Shown: positions 56,023-64,000 of the stretch, in pieces
Layout of the letters: every line of letters begins with the position of its first letter
How positions within the stretch are numbered: the first letter of the stretch is position 1
Notes under the pieces: generated by a model
What the model saw: the letters and a program-made list of their open reading frames with translations, nothing else
What the model was told of the DNA's origin: nothing
Databases searched by the model: none
Program-made: the position numbers and the translations under genes
Source of the DNA: Paraspadella gotoi
Taxonomy: Eukaryota; Animalia; Chaetognatha
Length of the DNA: 64,000 nt
NCBI GenBank assembly: GCA_051294375.1
Contig: CM119264.1
Location: 24,789,842 to 24,853,841, forward strand
Reading direction: 5' to 3'

Positions 56023-57673
56023 TCAAACTGAACCATTAGTAGCCGTAGGCAGTTTTGACAAAACTCCTTTGGCATAAGGTACTTTGCTAAGAGAGGCAGT
56101 ATGGGGCAAAATGGTTTTAGCTATGAGAGACTGATGTTCTCGATTCGAAACATCGATCATTTTTTGTACAACATAATTCGCAAATGGATCTTCCTGCCAT
56201 ATGGACGATCATTTTCTTTCCACAGTCTTCAGCTTCGGACAATAAGTTTTCATTGTTTGAATTTTCCGAATTATTTTCTACTTTGGAGTCCAAAGTTTTG
56301 GAACAAGCGTGTTTTACAACTTATGCTTTTGTGGTGTCCTCAAGCAAAAGATAATGCTTTTTGTAACGACGTTTGAAGCGAAACTTATGACAAGACAATG
56401 AATATAATTTTAACAATAATCTGGTCCATAATGGTTTTTCTTTGTTGGGAAATCCATTTTCTATGATGTGTTGAATGGAATAATTACCAATACTGATCTT
56501 GACAAATAAAACTAATGCGTTAGGCTTCTAGCATTTCCGAAAAAATCTGTAATCTCATTTCCTGAGTAGCTACAGCAAATAACGTTCCTGGACGACAAAT
56601 GAAAACACTATATGGATGCGAAGAAGTTCCAATACATGTCCTGATACCGAAACAACTAATTCTCTGAAGCCGGTGGCACTCAGTTGTGACGAACGGCCAC
56701 TGGTTGAAATACATTAGTCGAAAAATGTTGTTCCGCGCTAATGGAATAAATATTCCTCGGCTTACTTTTTCTCAATGACTAGAGTAGGCGATCTCGGGCG
56801 TTCCTCGTGCATCCAGGCATTTTGCTGAGACGACGTAATTACTAGTGGTAACATCTTGAATCAGGCCGATCAATTCTAATCGTTTACTCTCTTGAATTAT
56901 ACATTATTGCACACTTGACGTTCTCGTTGTCAACCACATTCCTAATAATCCTTGAATCACATCGGCACCCCGTCGCGGGTGAGTGGGACAGAGAGAAGAG
57001 ATTTGTCTCTTGAACGTGAAATGAGCGCTTTCAATTTGCTCCTCCCCATCCTGGCGGAGAACACTTTTGAACAGTATGTTGGCGTATCTTGTGTCCCGCG
57101 ACAAAATCGCCGCCCTTTCTTCGCAAAACGTGACCACTAACTTTGCCTGTTAATCCATCGGGTCGCCGTGAATCCAATATTTGGCTGCAATACAAAGTTT
57201 CCAATAGGAATCATTGACGCCTAAATTTTTCGATTTGTTGACATGGCTTCGGTTGATGATCGGAGCGGCCTTTCCGGGATTTAAAGTTTCTGAACTATGC
57301 ACTGGCAACCAACTCTGGATCCGTACGGATCGCGTGCTAAAGTGACGACGTGATTTTTCAAAGAGCCGAAACTATTTTCTTGCATCCGTATCCGCGAATC
57401 TCCGAGTTTGATGCATTTTTGATACCACCACTATTTCGCGAGATTGCCTGTGACGAGAAAGGAGGCAAAAAGACGAGAGTAACTTCGGCCGATATTTTTT
57501 CCTTGCACGGAGGCGACCTTTCTCTAATGAGGCTCTTGGATGCCAATAATTTCCAACTGGTCCCTCGGCTAAAATCGTATTTTGCGAATAAGATCGTTCG
57601 AGATGTGCGAAAGTAAATTTCGAAGAAGCAAACGTCTATAATACGTTGTAATGTTGGCAAAGCGTTTCCCATC
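56023..57673 (-). CDS. pum: Pumilio/PUF protein, 3' part: 13 PUF-repeat motifs (R5/R6/R7-like x4 plus R8) and C-terminus, frameshifted by noisy sequence
   Basis: The final segment reads cleanly: EDPFANYVVQKMIDVSNREHQSLIAKTILPHTASLSKVPYAKGVLSKLPTATNGSV* (TGA 56023-25), matching Pumilio R8 KDQYANYVVQKMID...[22 protein letters not shown]. Upstream motifs are recovered across frameshifts: CQDQY-GNYSIQHIIENG, LSCHKF-ASNVV-QKAL, KNHVVTLARDPYGSRV, NDSY-GNFVLQ and LQRIIDVC. Confidence 0.8.
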
Positions 57674-57698
57674 NNNNNNNNNNNNNNNNNNNNNNNNN

Positions 57699-58749
57699 GA
57701 GTCCGTTTTTGTTCCGGGGTGCCGAGCTCGAAAAACTTTTGAACGACGTAATTTCCGAAAGGATGAGTCATCATTTGATAAAGACTAGAAAGAATTTCCT
57801 TGAAGAGAAGGTTTTTCTCCGAGATGGAGGCGCCGGCGAGACGCTCCTGGAGAAACCGCGAACCGAGCGAGTCCATTGAAAATTCACACACGTGATTGGC
57901 TATCTCTCGAAGCTGGACTTGCGCCTTTTGGTTCTGATGGATCTTTTCCAAAACGTTCGAGCGTCGACCGGGAGACGTTTGAGCCGCCGCTGGACCGGGT
58001 CGTTGAGCCGGATTCGCCAGGGGTTGAATGTTCTGTTGAGCTACCGCCGCGGCTGCTGCTGGAGAAGAAGGCGGCGGCTGATAAAGCGCGAGGGCGTAGA
58101 CGGTCTGCTGGTGAGATTGCGACGTGTGATGGTGAGGATGGAAGTTCTGCGGTTGAGATGTCGTCAGTTCCAAGGGGTGATGAGCGTGCTGGTGATGGTG
58201 AGGCTGATGATGACTGTGATAACTCGGAAAATGATTCAAACTTCCGAGCGACGAAGACGTCGACGACGACGCCTGATAAAACCCGGGGTTTTGATTGGTC
58301 GAGTAGCTGCCGATTGGGTGAGACTGACTGGTGAACGGAACCGGAACCGAAGGGATCGGCGCCGGAAGTCGAGGCTGCTGCTCACTGCTCACCGGAAAGC
58401 AGTAGCCTTGGTGATTGGCCCTCGCCGGGTGTCTGGGATTGTGCGTACTTCGGGGCGGATTTGAGTGACGGTGATGAAGTTTGACGCGCGGCGCTGCGGA
58501 AGCGACGCCGGGTCCCGGAGCGGGTCCGTTTTTGAGGTGCGCATGCGCGTACTGTTGATGGTTCATCGCTGGAGGTTTTTCCGAGAAGGCGTTGTCGCCG
58601 TATTGGTTGTGACAGCCTCCCGCCGAGGCAGAATTCCCGTTCTGATAACCGTAGGAGGATGGGCCGATCTGACAAGCGTTGTAATCTTGTCCCGGTCCAT
58701 GAGGGGCGAAACATGGTATCGGAAACATTGAATTGCTGCTTATGGGCAT
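57699..58749 (-). CDS. pum: Pumilio/PUF-family RNA-binding protein, 5' part: Q/H/P/S-rich disordered N-terminus plus PUM-HD lead-in and repeats R1-R2
   Basis: Clean open frame from ATG 58749. SNVLEKIHQNQKAQVQLREIANHVCEFSMDSLGSRFLQERLAGASISEKNLLFKEILSSLYQMMTHPFGNYVVQKFFELGTPEQK aligns with the Pumilio consensus [66 protein letters not shown]. Interrupted by the 25-N gap at 57674-57698. Confidence 0.93.
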
Positions 58750-59514
58750 GGCACTTTTATCTCATAGTCGAACGACGCAGAGGGAACGCGGTAAGGCACT
58801 TGAGTATTTTGTGAAACATTAAAGTTAATTTATTTTTTTTTGTGCGGTTTTGTAACGTGACGACGTAGTCAGAAACTGGAAAGAAAAGAAAAATTAATCA
58901 TTATATTATAGGAGCCGCTTCTTTGGTATTTTCAGAATGATTTAACACAACAATACAATATCCCAGGAGCAGACATCTGACCGCTCGCAGAATAACATCT
59001 GATTAAATAGATATCGTTTGCACAAAGTGACGACGTCAGTGTGTTAATAAATTATAATTTTTTAAAAAGCTTAATTTACTGTTTAACTTTATTGTACCGT
59101 AACGAATCATTTTTTTGTGATTCTCCGAAAGTTGTTATCTTAACATATTATTTATTAAATGAATGGATAATTTTTATATTGGTTGTACCAATTTCATATT
59201 AAAGGCACTGGATTTCACCGCTCCATTTCTACTTCATCTCAAGCAACCAAAAAAAAAAATCCGAAATTGGATTCGGTTTCTTTCAGCGACATCGCGATTT
59301 GCAGAAAGCCTTCCATTCTCACGACCGGCGAATATTTTTTTTTTGTTAGGGGGGCAACGAGAGAAAGTGAACATCCAGCAGCGTCGATGAACATCACTGA
59401 ATTTAAGGGCGCATCGCGGTGAGAGATAGAGAGTGAGAGAAATAGATATAGAGACGGAAAGAGATTGTGTGAGAGTCGGCGAATTTTCGTCTATTTTTTT
59501 TTATATTCCGGTCC

Positions 59515-60354
59515 NNNNNNNNNNNNNNNNNNNNNNNNNNNNNNNNNNNNNNNNNNNNNNNNNNNNNNNNNNNNNNNNNNNNNNNNNNNNNNNNNNNNNN
59601 NNNNNNNNNNNNNNNNNNNNNNNNNNNNNNNNNNNNNNNNNNNNNNNNNNNNNNNNNNNNNNNNNNNNNNNNNNNNNNNNNNNNNNNNNNNNNNNNNNNN
59701 NNNNNNNNNNNNNNNNNNNNNNNNNNNNNNNNNNNNNNNNNNNNNNNNNNNNNNNNNNNNNNNNNNNNNNNNNNNNNNNNNNNNNNNNNNNNNNNNNNNN
59801 NNNNNNNNNNNNNNNNNNNNNNNNNNNNNNNNNNNNNNNNNNNNNNNNNNNNNNNNNNNNNNNNNNNNNNNNNNNNNNNNNNNNNNNNNNNNNNNNNNNN
59901 NNNNNNNNNNNNNNNNNNNNNNNNNNNNNNNNNNNNNNNNNNNNNNNNNNNNNNNNNNNNNNNNNNNNNNNNNNNNNNNNNNNNNNNNNNNNNNNNNNNN
60001 NNNNNNNNNNNNNNNNNNNNNNNNNNNNNNNNNNNNNNNNNNNNNNNNNNNNNNNNNNNNNNNNNNNNNNNNNNNNNNNNNNNNNNNNNNNNNNNNNNNN
60101 NNNNNNNNNNNNNNNNNNNNNNNNNNNNNNNNNNNNNNNNNNNNNNNNNNNNNNNNNNNNNNNNNNNNNNNNNNNNNNNNNNNNNNNNNNNNNNNNNNNN
60201 NNNNNNNNNNNNNNNNNNNNNNNNNNNNNNNNNNNNNNNNNNNNNNNNNNNNNNNNNNNNNNNNNNNNNNNNNNNNNNNNNNNNNNNNNNNNNNNNNNNN
60301 NNNNNNNNNNNNNNNNNNNNNNNNNNNNNNNNNNNNNNNNNNNNNNNNNNNNNN
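59515..60354. other. Assembly gap (largest of many N runs; many others are ~25 N)
   Basis: N run. Long X-containing ORFs here and at other gaps are meaningless. Confidence 0.98.
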
Positions 60355-60630
60355 ACGAAATGATATTCACCCGAAAGGACTCACAGTGATCCGGCTTTAA
60401 AACTGATAAAACATTATTTAGCCCCGTTTTTTCTTCGAGTTCAAACCGCAAGAGAGATAAAGAGGGGCGACTCTAAAGCGGGAGAAAGTTTTCTTCGACA
60501 TTCCGCTCTTGTGTGTCACTTGTATTCTAATAGAGGTCATTCCACATAATGCGATGGCTTAGCCTAACTACTCTCCTCTTTATCCTCCCTTATATTAGAA
60601 CAGGAGGATCTCTCTTCTTATGAGAAATTC

Positions 60631-60670
60631 ACCAATCGGGGACTTTCGATCGAATATTTCGACCAATCAC
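60631..60670. promoter_or_regulatory. Tandem CCAAT boxes (possible NF-Y promoter)
   Basis: ACCAATCGG at 60631 and ACCAATCAC at 60662, 31 nt apart, plus ATTGG at ~60775, in a CpG-rich stretch ~1.9 kb upstream of the PUF ATG across a gap. Inference only. Confidence 0.3.
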
Positions 60671-61698
60671 GTCCCTAGCCATGTAGCATCTTCGCCAGTA
60701 TTGAGACTGTAAACAACAGAGGGCACGAGGAGAGTCTCGTCGCTTTCGTCGTTCGAGCGTTTAATCGAGACGCCATTGGCGGATTTCGCTCTTCTCGACT
60801 TCTCATTGTTGGATTTCTCGACTGAGCACGCGTCGTCGTCCCCCTTTTTTTTCGCCCTGTTCAGTTTGCATCAGCTTGGCATACAACACTCTTTCATGCC
60901 ATTTCATGTATTTCATTAATTAATTCCAATGAGCCTTATTATGCCATCAGTGGTATCAAGTGCAATTCTTAATTTTTTTTGAATACATAATCATAGAATT
61001 CATCGCTAAAGGAACTCTCGCTCTCTTTCGAAACTCAAGCTAAAAAAATACTAAACTCACTCACAACTCACCGAGCTTCAATGGGCATCATTGCTTTCCT
61101 CATTCACACTCCCACAGTGTAGAAAATATAAAAGTGTCACGAATCACATCCCAGTGCGGATAATCGCAAAACCTGGGCGCCGAGTGAGTGAGCATCCTGC
61201 ATTCTCCTCAACACCAATAATCCGCCTACTCCACTTTCACGGTCTCTCTCAGCAATGCCTTCCCGCGCTTTGCAGGCCTTTGGAAACTTTCGCCGCGGCG
61301 TTCGAGCCGCTTTTCTGCACGCAGTCGGCCACGCTTGGCGCCCTGTGCATTGCGAGCGTGCGTTGCACCGGACATTCACTCCTGAATTGATTATCTCCGA
61401 ACAGATTTTCAGTAAATGATGTTCGTAACGTGGTCGCTGTCCAGCGACTGTGGCAGTGATTGGTTGGCGAGAGGAGTAGGAATTGGAGTGGAGAGAGAAA
61501 GAGAAAGAGAGAGAGAGGAGAGAGAGAGACGAGAGAGAGAAGAGAGAGAGATGAAGAAAGAGAGAGAGAGTAGAGAGGGGGGCAACTTTAACGGACGCCA
61601 ATTTTTTTATCATCGCCAAGAGAGACGGAGTTCACTCTAGAGAGAGAGAGATAGAAAGAAAGAAAGAAAGAAAGAAGAAAGAAAGAAAGAAAGAAAGT

Positions 61699-61729
<31 letters not shown>

Positions 61730-62382
61730 CAAGAAAGAAAGAAAGAAAAAATGAAAAAAGAAAGAAGAGAGAGAAGAGAAGAAAGAGAGAGAGAGAGAGA
61801 GAAGAAGAGAGAGAGAAGAGGGTCACAAATTTCGCACTCGAGTTTTGGACTTTTCGCTTGTTTGACTTTTGGGTTAATTGTTTACGGTTTTGTTTGTTCG
61901 TCTAATTTCGGTAAAAGATATAAGCGTTTGAAAGTAAGTAAACTTTTGAAAAAGTAAAAATAAAGTAAAGATAAAAATAAAATATTAAGGTATCGGTAAA
62001 TTTTCAGTAAATGTGAAATATTATTTTCCACTTCATTGATACGGAAGCCAAGTGCTCTGGGGAGTGAATAAATCAGAGGGTGAGAGAGCCTTGATTTAAA
62101 AGCATGTAGGGAACTCCAATGTCATTATCGTTGTTTACGATTGATTGGAGACCTTAAAACCACTGAAGCCTTGTCTAAAGTCAGGAGCAAGATAGATTAT
62201 ATAATTTGAATAATATATATATAGAAATATATGGTTGTAACAATTTTCATAAATAAAAAAGGAAGAACTTGAATTGAAAGATTGATCAAAGGAATAAGAG
62301 AAGAAAGAAAGAAAAAATTAATAATAAGAAAGCATATGAAGAGAGTATGTTAGAATAAAGAGCAAAGTGAAATTGGCAGATC

Positions 62383-62954
62383 AAAATTCAAATAAGTTAT
62401 CTATGAACAGTCTTGCATCTATAAGACATCATTATTTTTTTTATTAAAATTATGACTCTGCAATTTTCTGGATTAAGCTCATATTTATACATTGTACTCA
62501 CCATAGAAAATGTCAAAAATTTAAAAATAGTTTTTATTTTAGTTTTGAAAGCAGCTTCGGAATTCCATCATAAAAAGTTTTATAAAAAAAATATAAATTT
62601 TAATTCAGAATGTACATAAAGCTAAAAATTTAAAAAATATATATTTTTTATACAAAAAATTATAATAAGTACATTTTTTTTTTGGATTTTGAACCCCATT
62701 TGACCCCATAATTTCCTAAAAGAGTTACTATTTTCTTTTATCACTTTCTCGTGAGGGAATTTGAATCTAATTTCAAAATAAGAAATAGACATTTTAACTT
62801 GTTGAAAATTTTTCTATGGCCATAGTAACTATATATATAAATATAATGCAGCTAATGCAATAATTGTCAAATTAATTTTTTTTATTTAAAAAATGTACAC
62901 AAGGTACAAGCCTGTTAGGATCTTACTTTTTAAATATTAATTCTAACTTTGATT
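62383..62954. mobile_element. AT-rich palindromic MITE/foldback-like element, copy 2 (diverged, opposite orientation to copy 1)
   Basis: Left arm aaattcaaataagttatctatgaacagtcttgc...tatttatacattgtactcaccatagaaaat...gaaagcagcttcggaattc. Right arm ...ttttcttttatcactttctcgtgagggaatttgaatct...caagcctgttaggatc...ttctaactttgatt. The centre resembles the reverse complement of the copy 1 centre. Confidence 0.6.
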
Positions 62955-63207
62955 AAATGATTTTGGCTATGTTTAATGTTAGAATTAAAAAAAAAGAAAT
63001 ACGAGAAATGAAAAGTGAAAAATTTAAAAAAAATTAAAAAGAGAGAGAGAGAAGGAAGAAAGAAAAGAAAGGAAAGAAAGAAAATAAAAAAGAAAAAAAG
63101 AAAGAAGAAAGAAGAGATAATGAAATGAAAGAAGAGAGATAAAGAAGAGAGAGAGAGAGAAGAGACAGAAGAGAGAGAGAGAAAGTTAGAGAGAGAGAGA
63201 GGGTCAC

Positions 63208-64000
63208 AAATTTTCGCAACTCGAGTTTTGGACTTTCGTTTGTTTGGCTTTTGGGTTAATGTTTACGTGGTTTTGTTTGTTCGTTTATTTCTGTTAAGGG
63301 ATATAAGGGTTGAAAGTAAGTAACTTTTGAAAAAAGTAAAAAATTAAGGTGAAAAATAAAAATAAAATAATTTAAAGGTAGAAACTACAAAAGGACAAAA
63401 GAGAAAAAAGAAAGAAAGAAATCGGAAAAAAAAACGGACAAAAATAAAGTAACTACAAAAATATAATAATTTAAAAAAATGCTCAAAATCAGCAAAAATT
63501 CCCCGATGTAAACTAATTTTTTTTTTAAATGGGCACTCTTTTCCGATCGTGCCCCCTTTTTTGTTTCTTTTTTCCTTACGTTCATTATTAGTTTTATATA
63601 TATATTATAGCTCCTCTTCTCATCCTGTCGCTGATGGAAAACGAAACAAAAAGGGGGCACGATCGGTAAGCAAGAGTGCCCCATTAAAAAAAAAAGATTA
63701 GGTTACATTCGGGGAATTGCTGCTAATTTTTGACATTTTTTTTTAATTATTATTTTTTGTATGTTACTTATTTTGTCCGTTTTTTTTTCGATTTTCTTTT
63801 CTTTCTTTTTCTCTTTTTGTCCTTTGTAGTGTTGTACCTTAATTATTTATTTTTTATTACCTTATTTTTACTTTTCAGTTTAAACTTTACTTTCAAACCC
63901 TTATATTCCTTACCGAAATTAAACGAACCAAACAAAACCGTAAACATTAATCCCAAAGCCAAACTAAACGAAAAGTCCAAAACTCGAGTGCGAAAAATTT
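63208..64000. repeat. Inverted duplication with ~360-bp arms centred near 63605, running off the window end; the left-arm start is also present at 61820-61970
   Basis: ggcactcttttccgatcgtgccccctttt..gtttc vs gaaacaaaaagggggcacgatcgg..aagagtgcc. ctcgagttttggacttt (63220) vs aaagtccaaaactcgag (63972). Differences are indel-type. Confidence 0.8.

Noticed and set aside
57358-57673. C-terminal part of the listed 463-aa ORF and its stop at 57358
   Set aside because: The frame is carried through an N gap and noisy sequence. PUF motifs continue in shifting frames to the real-looking stop at 56023.
61091-61430. GC-rich Cys-containing ORFs (possible exon)
   Set aside because: No recognisable domain or consistent splice sites, so it cannot be supported from sequence alone.

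Overview
Eukaryotic (probably invertebrate metazoan) draft-assembly window. It is AT-rich, full of (AG)n, (GAC)n and (GGC)n microsatellites and N-gaps, and contains indel-ridden stretches that look like raw long-read gap fill. Much of 1-35 kb is the same sequence present two or three times with different errors. Supportable biology: (1) a minus-strand Pumilio/PUF gene (58749-56023); (2) a minus-strand tRNA-Glu(UUC) at 30436-30507 inside an apparent intron of an unidentified multi-exon gene; (3) two copies of a ~550-bp palindromic MITE/foldback element; (4) several minisatellites. The main discovery is in the PUF gene. The ORF track shows only two of its repeats, but reading across frameshifts reveals 13 more PUF-repeat motifs at ~115-120 nt spacing. 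They are arranged as R5/R6/R7-like triplets repeated four times, then R8. That gives at least 15 visible repeats, about 17 if R3-R4 lie in the gap, instead of the canonical 8. The evidence comes from noisy sequence and needs polishing to confirm.
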